In this document: positions 21,853 through 33,225 of the stretch, piece by piece | Position numbering within the stretch: the stretch's first letter is position 1 | How the letters are laid out: every line of letters starts with the position of its first letter | Assembly (NCBI GenBank): GCA_000004985.1 | Contig: GG738928.1 | DNA length: 64,000 nt | Reading direction: 5' to 3' (one strand) | Source: Naegleria gruberi | Taxonomy: Eukaryota | The notes under the pieces: model-generated | What the model was told of the DNA's origin: nothing | Database searches by the model: none | The model's input: the letters and a program-made list of their open reading frames with translations, nothing else | Position numbers and translations under genes: made by a program

Positions 21853-23034
21853 TTACAAAATTTTCTTAAGCTCATCTTGTTGTGCAGTAGTGAGACTAGT
21901 TGGGAAAATGACATTGAATTCAATGTGAAGATCACCCCTTTGAGCTGGGTTTTCCTTTCTTGGCATACCTTCACCCTTTACAACTCTAATACTGTTTGGT
22001 TTGATGACGTTATCAATCTTAATTTGTAAATTTCTGTCATCCAAATGTTTGATAATTTTGGTGAGTCCAGTCAAACTTTCCTTCAAAGAAATATCCATCT
22101 TCATCTTTAAATCGTCACCAACTCTAGTAAATGTAGAGTGTTCCTTAGTCTTGACAATAAAGATCAAATCACCACTACGATGAGATCTGGTAGCATCACC
22201 TTCACCATAGAAAATGATTTCTTCACCATCTCTCATACCTCTATCAATTTGTATCGTTAATGCAGTAGCCTTTTGAACAACATCGAAACGATTCTTACAT
22301 TCTTCACAATTATTTTCAGTCATTCTCTTCATAACACCATTGATAACCATCATTCTGATAACCTTATTTCTACATTCACATTTCTTTGGTTGAGAATTTC
22401 CTTCATGAGCAGTTCTAACTCTCTTAAAGTTCATAAGTCTACCATTGTAGAGATTTTCCAAAGTAACTTCGAGTGGGATTCTCAAATCTTGACCCTTGAA
22501 TTCATCTTCTTCTTCTTGTCCATCATTACCTCCACCAAAATTGAAATGGAAACCACCACCTCCACCAAAGAATTCAGAGAAAATATCCATTCCTCCCATT
22601 CCACCACCAGGATGACCTCCTCTTTCTTGTTGTTTTAATCCTTCTTCTCCATATCTATCATAAACTTGTCTCTTTTTTTCATCGGATAAGACTTCATAGG
22701 CATGTGAAATTTGGGCATACTTTTTTTGAGCATCAGCCTTATCATCACCCTTGTATCTATCAGGGTGATATTTCATTGTCAACTTTTTAAATGCTCGTTT
22801 AATTTGGTCTTGAGCAGCATTCTTTGGAACGTGTAAAGTTTCATAAAGATCAGCAGCTAAACAACTACCAATAAACAAAATACAACAACACAATACAAGA
22901 AGGAGAGAAAATCTAATAGATGATGATCTTCGGGAAGTAGTCATTGTTTGATGATGAAAATTTCCGCCACCTGTTGAGAAGGAATTCATTTTTTTTCTCT
23001 TTGCTTTTTTGCAAAGAGTTTTCATTCCGAACAC
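21853..23034 (-). CDS. DnaJ/Hsp40 with an N-terminal signal-anchor (ER-lumenal ERdj3/Scj1-like)
   Basis: Hydrophobic LLLVLCCCILFIGSCLA is followed by the J domain DLYETLHVPKNAAQDQIKRAFKKLTMKYHPDRYKGDDKADAQKKYAQISHAYEVLSDEKKRQVYDRYG (HPD motif), then a G/F-rich region and the C-terminal DnaJ substrate-binding domains. The true start may be the internal ATG at 22989 (MNSFSTGG...). Confidence 0.75.
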   Translation of the reverse strand: MFGMKTLCKKAKRKKMNSFSTGGGNFHHQTMTTSRRSSSIRFSLLLVLCCCILFIGSCLAADLYETLHVPKNAAQDQIKRAFKKLTMKYHPDRYKGDDKADAQKKYAQISHAYEVLSDEKKRQVYDRYGEEGLKQQERGGHPGGGMGGMDIFSEFFGGGGGFHFNFGGGNDGQEEEDEFKGQDLRIPLEVTLENLYNGRLMNFKRVRTAHEGNSQPKKCECRNKVIRMMVINGVMKRMTENNCEECKNRFDVVQKATALTIQIDRGMRDGEEIIFYGEGDATRSHRSGDLIFIVKTKEHSTFTRVGDDLKMKMDISLKESLTGLTKIIKHLDDRNLQIKIDNVIKPNSIRVVKGEGMPRKENPAQRGDLHIEFNVIFPTSLTTAQQDELKKIL

Positions 23035-23212
23035 GTGTCCTTTTCATTGATTTTTGTTACCTTGATGATGGTGGAAATATGGATATATGTTTAATAGATT
23101 ACGATTGTTAATAATTGTTTTTAGTATCTTGAAGAAGATGGTAAGGATTTGTTTCTTTGGAAGAAAGATGTTCGTCAGCATTTGATAGTGATGAAGAGTT
23201 GGAAAGAAGAAA

Positions 23213-24701
23213 ATGAGTCAACAGCAACAACAGGACTTGGTGGAGGAATTTAAAAAGATTGCCGATCGTTTGAAAAAGTAAGTGATTTGTTGGAGTGGTG
23301 TGATTTTGGAACAAGGTGATTTATAATTATCTATTATAATTTGGAATTTATATCGGATGGAAATTATCAAACATAATTAATATTAAATCGTTAATTAATA
23401 ATATAAAATTATCTGCCACATGTGATCAATTAATTAAATAATAGAAAGATGTTTAGGAAAATACCCTACGATCAAATCTCTGAACAATATGCAAACTTTT
23501 CCCTTCATCTTCAAAGAACTGGACAAAAACATTATACAGCAGTTTCAATGTTGTGTGCTGCCAAGTAAGTTTTCTAGCCTAATAACTCTTGGAAAATAAC
23601 ATCTATACTAGTGCTGAGAAGTTGAACAAGACACCACTCAATGCAGCCTTCTTTTACGTCTACTCGGGAAGAATCTTCTCGGATCAGGCTTGTAGTGAAA
23701 ACTTAATTCAATACTTTACAGCAGAGGAATTCATATCCGAAGCAATTGATGCTTTTAGAGAAGCTATAGAGGTTTGTTTCACAATGAGCTTGAATTAATT
23801 TATATTAATAATTATTAAATTTATATTATTACATGATGATAATATTAAAATTTATTGAATGAATTAATCCTATCAATTAATTGTATCGGACTGGCTTTAA
23901 TATTAAATTGACCATAATTTTGGATTGAATATTTACAATGATCATTCATGATAATAGATATACGATTCCAATGGAGTTTATTCAATGTGTGCTTCATTAT
24001 GTTTTGAAGTGGCTCATGTTCTTAAAGTTTTAGGAAAATATAGTGAGAGTTCACACTTTTATTCGAAATGTTACTTTTACACTGTAAAACAGGGAAAACT
24101 AGGAGAAGAACACTACGATTCTTCAGATGTAGATTATTTATCAAATTTATCATTGAGTAGAGATACTTCTCATTCGATGGAATTGAATGCACTTCAAAAT
24201 GCTATTGATTGTCTATTGGAAATTAAGGATTTTGAAATGGCTGTTTTGAGAATTAAGATTTATATTGGTATTTTGGAGGAGAGAATTGATGCCTTTTCAA
24301 ATCCATACACTTCAGATCATTCTACAAAAGTTCCAGAGTGGAGGCCAATATTTAAAATCTACATTAGACAATGGATGGATACACAAATAACGTTACTTCT
24401 AGTTTTATTATTACAAAAGAGAAAGGAAGAAGCAACTGAAGTATTCGAGACACTGACAAATAACGGAGATGGAGATAATTGGATTTCGAGTGAATTTCCA
24501 TTTTTCAATGAAAATGTATTACCAATTTTAGAGGCCCTTAAGGAAAATTGTCTGTGTGACAATATTGATGGAATTGAACAAGTCATTTCACAAGAATTAC
24601 AATTCTGTGTTACTGAGCAACAACAAACTCTGCTCAATATTTTGAAACACACCTATGAAAATCCACTTTTCATGGACATTTTGGAAAAGAAAGGTGAATA
24701 A
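23213..24701 (+). CDS. F8A/HAP40-like helical-repeat protein (tentative); 4 exons, join(23213..23277, 23445..23564, 23612..23771, 23958..24701)
   Basis: Spliced N-terminus: MSQQQQQDLVEEFKKIADRLKKKMFRKIPYDQISEQYANFSLHLQRTGQKHYTAVSMLCAAKNAEKLNKTP...YFTAEEFISEAIDAFREAIE|IYDSNGVYSMCASLCFEVAHVLKVLGKY.... The pattern F..Y..VSNKLKKRFLRKP...A..F..LG....A...C resembles the N-terminal region of the huntingtin-associated protein HAP40, from memory. Donors GTAAGT, GTAAGT and GTTTGT (weak). Confidence 0.45.
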
Positions 24702-24712
24702 ACTATTTACAA

Positions 24713-25576
24713 TTACATGGACTCATAATAGGAGGCAATAATAGTTACGAGAGCCTTATTATGCTCCTCTTTTGGGAAAATTCTCGATTCGAATCCTTCT
24801 ATTGCCTTCCTTGAAATTATATGTTCTACTGTACAACCATTATCATTCAGCACTTGAAATACTTCACTAATAGTATTTGGTGCAGATAATTGATTTGAAG
24901 TTTTGGAATTCAAACCTTCACAATTTACAAAGCTCACTAATTTGAACTTGTCAAATCCAACACTGACTGATGCAAATTTTTTCTTTCTCGTTAATAAAAA
25001 TTGGATAGCTTCTGACATTTCCATGAATGAAAAGTAAGAAGCTTCAATACTCAATCTTTGTAATAAATTTAAATCATTGGTTGGTAGACATTGTTTCATT
25101 TCATTCTTATCCAACATTCGCATACAATCCAAAACATATTTAAATAATTCGGGATTTCTATCAATGAAAATATTATTCTTCTTTCTCTGTTGATTTATAA
25201 TAAGTGGTTCATTAAAAATCATAGATGGATTCGAATAGAAAGCATCCGAAATTGTAGCTCCATTAATACTTCCAATCGGAGAAGTGACCCCACTCAATGG
25301 AGAAACAGATAACGATCCACCTCCACTAAAAACATTTAATAAATTATTCGATTGTTGTTGCTGATGATGAAAATGCAGCTGCTGCTGTTGCGAATATTGA
25401 TGCTGCTGAGATTCGTGGAACCGAAAGTGAGCTGAAAAGTAACATTCATATCGACTCAGGGTTTCACGAAGGGCCTGAAACACTGTTCCTCCTACATTGA
25501 TGGTAATAATGTCGTCATCTTGTTGATCAGCCACATCGAATTGGTTAACAAAGAGATTGGGAGATGTGACTGACAT
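24713..25576 (-). CDS. BTB/POZ (K+-channel-tetramerisation type) domain protein with an internal poly-Q/H insert
   Basis: DDIITINVGGTVFQALRETLSRYECYF ... (QQQQ/HHQQQQ insert) ... IFIDRNPELFKYVLDCMRML. Together these form a KCTD-like BTB fold. Confidence 0.6.
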   Translation of the reverse strand: MSVTSPNLFVNQFDVADQQDDDIITINVGGTVFQALRETLSRYECYFSAHFRFHESQQHQYSQQQQLHFHHQQQQSNNLLNVFSGGGSLSVSPLSGVTSPIGSINGATISDAFYSNPSMIFNEPLIINQQRKKNNIFIDRNPELFKYVLDCMRMLDKNEMKQCLPTNDLNLLQRLSIEASYFSFMEMSEAIQFLLTRKKKFASVSVGFDKFKLVSFVNCEGLNSKTSNQLSAPNTISEVFQVLNDNGCTVEHIISRKAIEGFESRIFPKEEHNKALVTIIASYYESM

Positions 25577-25801
25577 GTTTTAATAATATTGAATTTTTTT
25601 AAGTTGCAGCTACTGTAGGAACAAAGATGGTTTGACAGATTGATGATGACACTCCGAATGAGACATGCAATTATCCTTATGAACTCACCAGTTGTGAACG
25701 AATGACTTGGTTGGGAACGTGACAGAACTTTGCCTTATTTAAAAGAAAAAGCATCAATTCTATTGTACAAAAGAGTAAAGTTGATAACATCAACATGAAC
25801 T

Positions 25802-25874
25802 GCTGGCGTAGCTCAGTCGGTAGAGCGTTGGTCTAATAAGCCATTGGTCGCCGGTTCGATCCCGTCCGTCAGCA
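25802..25874 (+). tRNA. tRNA-Ile (anticodon AAT)
   Basis: GCTGGCGTAGCTCAGTCGGTAGAGCGTTGGTCTAATAAGCCATTGGTCGCCGGTTCGATCCCGTCCGTCAGCA. Cloverleaf features: GCTC/GAGC D-stem, anticodon loop CTAATAA, T-loop TTCGATC, acceptor stem 7 bp with one G-T pair. My manual fold leaves one mismatch each in the anticodon and T stems. A downstream TTTTATTTAT could serve as a pol III terminator. Confidence 0.7.
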
Positions 25875-25910
25875 TAAGTTTTATTTATAATAAAAAGCAA
25901 AGATTTTTAT

Positions 25911-26138
25911 TTATGCTCTTTGTCTAAACAACATATTTACAGTTGATTCTTGTTGAATATTATAATCCATCAATGTTCTCTTATCTTCCATTTCCTTTCC
26001 TGAGAATAACAAACGTTGCTCCGTTGTTGGGACACCTCCCTCATTAGCAATTTTTTCTTTCAATTTCTCAATAGTATCGTTGGTCTCAACATCAACACTA
26101 AATTCCTGTCCATAGAGTGGTTTAATCTTTAATTGCAT
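25911..26138 (-). CDS. Ubiquitin-like protein without a C-terminal di-glycine (UBL4A/Get5-like ubiquitin fold)
   Basis: MQLKIKPLYGQEFSVDVETNDTIEKLKEKIANEGGVPTTEQRLLFSGKEMEDKRTLMDYNIQQESTVNMLFRQRA. It can be aligned with ubiquitin ([66 protein letters not shown]), but the C-terminus is RQRA rather than RGG. Confidence 0.6.
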   Translation of the reverse strand: MQLKIKPLYGQEFSVDVETNDTIEKLKEKIANEGGVPTTEQRLLFSGKEMEDKRTLMDYNIQQESTVNMLFRQRA

Positions 26139-26477
26139 TCTTTTTTTGTTTTGATTTCAAACTGTTTTCAAACAATTTAGAGAGTTAAATAGTTTTTCAA
26201 GTAATTGATATTTTTAAACTGTCGTGTGAAAAGGGTTACATGAATTTTTGTAAAGGTATTGAAAATGAATGAATGATTATAATTTTTACTATTACCAAAG
26301 TTCAACTGCATATACTTATAGAATCCAAAGAATATTTTATCTTTCCTTAGGTCACAACACTATCAAAAACCTTATTTCTATGTAACATTTCCAAGTGGTT
26401 TCCACTTAGTCTTCCTTCCAATTCCCTTCCAATCACAAGTAAAAAATATTAAATTTTAATTAATAAATAAAAAAAAA

Positions 26478-26921
26478 ATGGTCAGCTTCAGGATTGTATT
26501 TGGGCTTCTTGTTGCCGTTGCTGCAGGTGTATCGATCGGAGTCATGTTGGCAATTATTGGATGTGCTGTTACATGGGGAGGAGTTGAACATCCAGAAAAT
26601 TGGTTTGCACTAATCACGGTGCTTTGTTATATAATTGCACCTTTCCCAGATATTATTGCAAGAGCCTTCTCATCAAGATTTGAAAAGGAAGATCCTGAAG
26701 ATGCCACAGTGTGGGAACATTTCGGAGCCTTCTTGACATCATTTATTGCTACTATCGGATTAGGATTATTATTTGTTTTGGCCCATACTGGAATTATTCA
26801 ATGGGAAACATTTGCTTTTGAAATTTCAGGAGGAATTGTCATTGTAGCAACACTCTTTATCAGTTTCCTTGTTTTTACAATTGCCAAACGTAGAGAAGAT
26901 GCCGAAAATTATACCTATTAA
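26478..26921 (+). CDS. Vps55 / endospanin (LEPROT) family four-TM protein
   Basis: 147 aa with 4 TM helices. IGCAVTWGGVEHPENWFALITVLCYIIAPFPDIIARAF matches the endospanin pattern GCAL..Y...WPLFVL.FH.ISPIPHFIAKR, from memory. Confidence 0.55.
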   Translation: MVSFRIVFGLLVAVAAGVSIGVMLAIIGCAVTWGGVEHPENWFALITVLCYIIAPFPDIIARAFSSRFEKEDPEDATVWEHFGAFLTSFIATIGLGLLFVLAHTGIIQWETFAFEISGGIVIVATLFISFLVFTIAKRREDAENYTY

Positions 26922-27066
26922 CCTTAACGTCGATTCATTTGCTTTTTGTATTTGTATATTGTTGTAATCATGATATTATTATTATTGGATTAATATTATT
27001 GTAGAATTGATAATTCAATGATATTATATATTGAGAAATTAATGAAAAACAAAATTTTAATTTATT

Positions 27067-27808
27067 ATGAACGTGTTCAAAGTTCTTTTTAGTAAATCCC
27101 AAAATACAAATGAACTTGGAAAAAAAATGGGACAAAGTCAAAACCAATCTTTGTCTTCCTTAGACAACAAGAGCAAGAACATCAATACACTTCCACAGCC
27201 GCAACATGATGAGGGAAGTAGTATTGTTGATTTGAGTAGTGTAGCACAACTTCCGGATGAAGTTTTGGAGCAAGTGCTATTCTTTCTGGACCATAAATCA
27301 TTGATGCGATTGAGGGTATCATGTAAATCATTTTCTGAAAAGATTGTCTATAGGAAAATTATCGATACAAACAAGATATTGAAGCCAACACATGATAATC
27401 AGGATGATTTGTACCATTATGAGTCTTTACAGATATCTGATATGGCTAATGTGATTGGATTTCATGTTAGTGTTTTGTCTCATGATCAGGGATGGGCATC
27501 TGTAAGTATTTGAATATATTGTCGTAATATTAAGCACAAAAAAGGTTGGAGGATCTTATACTTGGGGAGAAATGTCATTCTTGGAGAAATCAACTAAGAA
27601 GGAGCTCACTCCAAGGATTAGAATTTTCACTGGAAAGGCAGCAACCAAGCAGTTTGAAAAGTATCAAAAATTTGTACATAAAGGAGAAATTGAGGGGTTT
27701 GAAAAGCTTGGTCCAAATCCATGTATTGGCATTTGGGCTCGTTCCTGTTATGCATGTTGGGAGTGTTATATGGGTGGTGCTCATGTTGGAGTAATTTATC
27801 TCAAATAA
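27067..27808 (+). CDS. F-box protein; 2 exons, join(27067..27501, 27545..27808), 43-nt intron
   Basis: F-box LPDEVLEQVLFFLDHKSLMRLRVSCKSF. Donor GTAAGT at 27502, acceptor AG at 27544. Exon 2: VGGSYTWGEMSFLEKS...GFEKLGPNPCIGIWARSCYACWECYMGGAHVGVIYLK. The C-terminal domain is unassigned. Confidence 0.55.
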
Positions 27809-27827
27809 CCAATTTATATCTGAATAT

Positions 27828-29099
27828 CTAGTTATCATACAATGAATATGATAAGCATTTGAATGAAATATCATAATAAACAGAAGATTGTAAACTCTCA
27901 CACAATCTTATTCTGAAAAGTTGTAAACCTTGTTTTGAGAATAATAGTATTGGATTGTGGGTCTTTCTATATACAAACATGTTTTCTGACCCTTCCACAC
28001 TGAAATACTTATTCTCTGTCTCGATGATATTCAAATTTTTCATCTTGATATTGTGTCTTTTTAGTTTCATTCTCTGAATATTATCAACATGCACATTTCC
28101 AAAGACTATATGAAATGAGGGTGTTGAAATAACTCCATACAACCCAAAAGCATTCACTGATACAATATTTGGTAAAGAAATATCTATTTGATAATAAGTG
28201 TCATTATATCTTGTAAATACCTGAATATCGCCTCTTGCCCAAACTGTTCCATTCTCCAAAAGAGCAATGCTGAAAAAGTAACTTCCCACAAGTTGCTTAA
28301 TTGGGCTAATCTTTTCAAATGGTGTAGAAATATATTCCAATGATGAATTATCCTCCAATAATTTTAAATATCTATTCTCAGAATCAATGATGACATGGTT
28401 GTATGGGGAGAATAATTTAGCAATTTTAACAAAAGTTGGTATTTTGAAAGTTTGTGCTTGAGGTCTTGAGTACAAGTACAATGTAGAGGGTTCGTCCTCT
28501 TTCACAAAACAGATTTCATCACTATACATGGTTGCTGAAATCATTTCAATCTGACGACTCATCAACTCCAGCTTTTCCCAGCAATAAGGTACTCTAAATG
28601 ATTTATGAAAACCGTACAAACTCCCATCACTCATTTCAAATATTGTGTCCTTAGCACTGCCACACAATATTCTATTAAATTCGACTCCATTTCTCTCTTT
28701 TCCATTAAATAATTCCTCAAATGAAACCAACACCCACTTTAAGGTACACAACATGTAGAAATAATCCCTTATTCCATCAATAAAGAATAATCGATATCGA
28801 CTCGTAGCATGAATCAAACTCACAGTCCATGGTGCTTTCGGATCTTGCTTGCTCCTTTCTAACTGTTCACACTTTAGCAGTTTATCATTTGATAGCACCA
28901 CTCGTTGACATTTAGTATCGGAATCATCATCATCATTTTCATAATAAATATCATCAAAGTCTTCTTCATCATCATCATCAGAATCCGCAATGTTGAGATC
29001 AGCTAAATCTCCATAATACCAAAATCCATATTTTTCCTCTTCATCAGTGACGTATTCTTGGTAATCATCATTAAATTCTTCATCAACTTGTGGAGTCAT
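27828..29099 (-). CDS. Hypothetical 423-aa protein with a highly acidic N-terminus
   Basis: Single long ORF. The N-terminal D/E-rich stretch and the remainder have no recognisable motif. Confidence 0.4.
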   Translation of the reverse strand: MTPQVDEEFNDDYQEYVTDEEEKYGFWYYGDLADLNIADSDDDDEEDFDDIYYENDDDDSDTKCQRVVLSNDKLLKCEQLERSKQDPKAPWTVSLIHATSRYRLFFIDGIRDYFYMLCTLKWVLVSFEELFNGKERNGVEFNRILCGSAKDTIFEMSDGSLYGFHKSFRVPYCWEKLELMSRQIEMISATMYSDEICFVKEDEPSTLYLYSRPQAQTFKIPTFVKIAKLFSPYNHVIIDSENRYLKLLEDNSSLEYISTPFEKISPIKQLVGSYFFSIALLENGTVWARGDIQVFTRYNDTYYQIDISLPNIVSVNAFGLYGVISTPSFHIVFGNVHVDNIQRMKLKRHNIKMKNLNIIETENKYFSVEGSENMFVYRKTHNPILLFSKQGLQLFRIRLCESLQSSVYYDISFKCLSYSLYDN

Positions 29100-29184
29100 T
29101 TTTTTTAAATAAATATTTAAATTTTCATTGTAAAATTTATTGTAATGTTGTTAGAATTAATGATTGATCAAGGTTTTCTCTGAT

Positions 29185-29757
29185 TTAGTCGCTGTGTTTC
29201 AATTGTTTATTCAACTTTTGAACACAATTCATCAAGGACAATAATAAATCGTTCATTTCTTCTAAAGTTTCCTTCAACCCATTCTTATTCGAAACTACTT
29301 GTTTCTTACTGATTGTTGCATTATTCCTTATTGAATTCTTCTTCTCTTCCATACTAATTGATTGAACATATTTTCGAGCCTCCCTCTCCAACTCTCCACT
29401 CTCAATTCGTTTCTCCAATTCTGAAGTAAATTGCGAAAGGCTCATCTTTCTCTTCTTATTCATTTGTTCAATTAATTGTAGTGGAGGTGTTGAATTCATT
29501 TGTGTCTTCTTCTTCATCTTCTTATTCACCACCCGATCATGATCATCGAGGCTTTTTTCTTCATGATCATCATCTTGTTCATCATCATTTTCTGATGAAT
29601 CTTCATCTCCGAGAATAATTTCTTCTTCATCATCATCGTCATCGTCATCATCTTGGAAGGAAATTCTTTTTCGCTTGGAATCTGAAAAGCCTTTGAGAAT
29701 TTTTTTTTGATTTTTTTTTAAATATTAAGGAACATTGTAAGCTTTACCTTTTTGCAT
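29185..29757 (-). CDS. Small acidic/basic nuclear-like protein; probable join(29757..29748, 29690..29185)
   Basis: The main exon reads in frame ...GFSDSKRKRISFQDDDDDDDDEEEIILGDEDSSENDDEQDDDHEEKSLDDHDRVVNKKMKKKTQMNSTPPLQLIEQMNKKRKMSL.... A 10-nt first exon ATGCAAAAAG with donor GTAAAG is speculative; an internal ATG start is equally possible. Confidence 0.35.
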
Positions 29758-29865
29758 TTTTTTTTGTAGTTGTGTTGGCGATTGAACATATCGGGCGCTA
29801 TTCTAAACTACAGACGAATCCGATAGAGCAAATTTCATGCTAGCCATTGTAACTTTACAAAAAAA

Positions 29866-30357
29866 ATGTCTCTTCTCCAACTTGACAATGAAACTCTGCT
29901 GATCGTCTTTTCCTTTCTCACATTGAATCAGGCAAGGAATATTTTCCAACTCAATCACGCCATCAATAAAATCACAGAACAATCTCTCAATTTTTGGACT
30001 CGATTAACACTAAATTACGATCAACAAGCCAGCAGACAATGTCAAATTAGTTCAATTTCGAATATAGATAATGTTTCGTCTATTAGGGATTGTAAAGTGA
30101 CAATTAAACGAATTAAAAGATTGAAAAAATCACACTGTGCAGCAACATTATCAAGAAGGAACAAATTTAAACGAACACTTCAGAGTCTTATTCAGGATAG
30201 AAATGATTGTGCATTTATTATTCAAACAACGAGAGAAGTGTTTCGAATAGGAACATTGAAGGAGGATATTCAAATATCCAATGATAGAATTGCAGCAGTT
30301 TCACTTTCCATTAGTAGGGAACAAGAGAAAATTAATAGTATAAATTCGGATTATTAG
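29866..30357 (+). CDS. Hypothetical 163-aa protein with an N-terminal F-box-like motif
   Basis: LDNETLLIVFSFLTLNQARNIFQLNHAINKI. Confidence 0.4.
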   Translation: MSLLQLDNETLLIVFSFLTLNQARNIFQLNHAINKITEQSLNFWTRLTLNYDQQASRQCQISSISNIDNVSSIRDCKVTIKRIKRLKKSHCAATLSRRNKFKRTLQSLIQDRNDCAFIIQTTREVFRIGTLKEDIQISNDRIAAVSLSISREQEKINSINSDY

Positions 30358-30475
30358 AATTATTGAAGAATTTCATTACTGTTCGAAGAAAGACTATGCG
30401 AAATGATTCGACTACTTTCAGCCGAATCCTATTCGAATCTCTGGTTCTTTAAACATGTTTAAATAGCAAAAAAAA

Positions 30476-33192
30476 ATGGAGAGTCAAAACCCTTCTTCCA
30501 CATCTTCATCCACTTCTTCATCCTATCGAATAATCAAGGAATTAGGTAAAGGAGCCTCGGGACTTGTTGTTTTAGCTTTAAACCCAACAACGGAAGAACA
30601 AGTTGCCATCAAGCAAATTCTCTGTAAAGATGAGTATGATTTTAATATTGCCATGAAAGTATGTTTTCCATCATTTATACGATATCAATATCACAATATT
30701 AACTTTCGAATATAATAATTTAAATTTAAATTCCCATTAAAAAATTATAAATCAATTGTTTGGAACTTGAAATAGGAAGCTTGGCCATTGAGAAAGTTAG
30801 ATCATGAAAGTTTGTGTTCCATCAAGGATATTTACTTTGAAAAGATTGATTTCCATGGGATGGAATGTTACAATGTTAATTTAGTGATGGAATATTACAA
30901 AAATGGAGATTTTAGTGTTTTCCTAAAGAGGAGATGTACGAAAGAGAAACAATTGCTGAGTACGAGTGAGATTTTGGAATTTATGAGGCAGATTGCTGAG
31001 GGAATTGATTATTTGCATGAGAGAAATTTAATGCATAGGTAAGGAAATTAGAATAGTATTTTTGATTATATTCGAAATTTAGAGATTTGAAACCTCAAAA
31101 TATTTTTGTAACAGATGAAAATTCATTGAAAATTGGAGATTTTGGACTCATGAAGNNNNNNNNNNNNNNNNNNNNNNNNNNNNNNNNNNNNNNNNNNNNN
31201 NNNNNNNNNNNNNNNNNNNNNNNNNNNNNNNNNNNNNNNNNNNNNNNNNNNNNNNNNNNNNNCAAGTTGATAGTGGGAATGTTGGAGGTAGATCCGAAGA
31301 AACGACCAACATCAAAAGAGCTTGTACAAATGATTCGAAATATGATTGAAGGAAAGTCACTGGGCTGGGAAGAAAGTAGTGGAAATGAGGATTCTTCCAC
31401 TTTAAGAAAAAGGAGAGTTGCCATCACGGTATCAAAAACAGCACTCACACCCATTCAGAAATTATTTTACAGTTCAGGTGTGAGTAAAATAAGAATGGAT
31501 CCAATCATGTATGAGGATTTTGATGGAAGTGAAACTAATTTATCTGCTTTTTGCATTCATCAGGATTTGTTCCAGTTGGAAACAAGTTCAACAATTCCAA
31601 AATTTGATAATGATACGGAATTGTCATGGATTAATTCGTACCATCCACAATATTTGAATACCATTAGCTCCATGTCACTCAATCAATTATTTCTCATACT
31701 GGCCTCTCCAATGGTTCATTTTCTACCTCTATTTCCTCAATCCGTGCAAAATAGGAAGGAAAGGTTTATAGAGACAATCCTTTTCACCTATCCAATCTTT
31801 ACAACCCCACAAGTATTGTTAAAGAAGTGCTTTGAGACGCTTTCGAATATTCCACTCCAATTTTTAGAATTTCCAATCATGTATGAGGATATTGATGCAG
31901 AATGCGAAGATATTTGGAAAAATGATTATGGATTCCAAATCAATGAGAAATATACATACTGGAGATATTGCAATTCATTATATGAGTACAAGATATTTTC
32001 AATTCTGGAGTTTATAATTAAGGTAAGGCATTTAAAAATTCAAAACATCACCATCAATTTTATCTTTAAATAGTGGATTAAATTCAGAATTGATGATTGG
32101 AATTCAGCAATGTTTGATTTCCTTCATCATATAACAAAAGAATGTTTTGAATTGAAAGGATTCAAATCACTGACAGATTCTTGCATCTCACTTATTGATC
32201 TTGCTCAACAATACCAAAAAGATAGCGAAACGGAATTTGAAATCAATAGGATTTTTGTGGAAATAATAGACTCTTTCAGATTGGAACAAGTTCAAAATGA
32301 AAATGAAGAATATCACTCAGAGCTTAGAGACAAGAGATTGGAAACACCAGTTGACTTGATGAACGATCACAGGAAATTTGCTGCTCCAAAACCAATAATT
32401 CCTATGAGCATATTCAACGACAATTTTAGTTGGTATGAATTAGATAAGATTGAAATTGCAAGGCAATTATCCCTCCGTGACTATGATTACTTTAAAGAAA
32501 TTGATCCCAATGAATATTTTGAATGGATCAGACATGATAACAATCATAGTGGAAGAAGTGCTTGTAAAGCTATTATAGAAATGAAAATGATTGGCAGTTT
32601 GACAATCTCCATGCTCGTGTTTTCAATTCTCAGTCAAGTAAATATCAAGGAGAGAAAAGAACTTCTTTGTAAGGTTATTGATTTGAGCTTGGAATTATTC
32701 AATTTGAACAACTTTTTTGGAGTGGATTATGTGTTGCAAGCTCTACAGCATTCATCTGTGAAGAGATTGGAGCACACTTGGAAAGAAATTGATAGGAAAA
32801 AGATTCAACAATATGAAAAGCTGTGCTATGATATGGAACACGATTATAGGAAAATTACAATACAGCTCGCAAGAAATAATGCAATCCTCATTCCAGTGTT
32901 TATGGAACATTTCAAGGATATTCGATCTGTGGATGAAGCGTTCGAGAATGTCATTCAGGACGAGCAGGGAAATCAACTCATTCATTGGAAGAAAGTATCA
33001 TTCCTCTATTCAACCATTATTGAACCACTCTCATACAAATGTTATCCACCCTTACTCTTTCAAAAAGTTTTTCAAATCCAACAAATTCTTAAACGAGAAT
33101 ACATCCAAAACTTTAACTTTTCCTTTGAATTATTCATGAAAGATAGTTATGCAAGAGAAGGTTCTTCAACTCCAAGAAAGGATATTTTATAA
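30476..33192 (+). CDS. Ser/Thr protein kinase fused to RasGEF-N and RasGEF (CDC25-homology) domains (GefX-like); 4 or more exons, join(30476..30658, 30776..31038, 31083..32022, 32074..33192). Kinase subdomains VIII-X are lost in an assembly gap.
   Basis: Gly-loop IIKELGKGASGLVVLALN, VAIK, HRDLKPQN split across the intron at 31038/31083, DFGLMK, then 107 N, then KLIVGMLEVDPKKRPTSKEL (subdomain XI). The downstream RasGEF catalytic motif is IARQLSLRDYDYFKEIDPNEYFEW. Donors GTATGT, GTAAGG, GTAAGG. Confidence 0.7.
31156..31262. other. Assembly gap (107 N) inside the kinase-RasGEF gene
   Basis: Run of n. Confidence 0.95.
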
Positions 33193-33225
33193 AAGTCAAT
33201 CTATAACAATATGCCACTCAGCTCT

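Noticed and set aside
30476-32073. ORF-track 'M' starts at TTG/GTG/CTG (for example 30788, 31087, 17082, 19358, 41350..45672 and 51808)
   Set aside because: These are internal codons of spliced exons. The ORF finder used a bacterial start table. True starts were placed at upstream ATGs after resolving introns.
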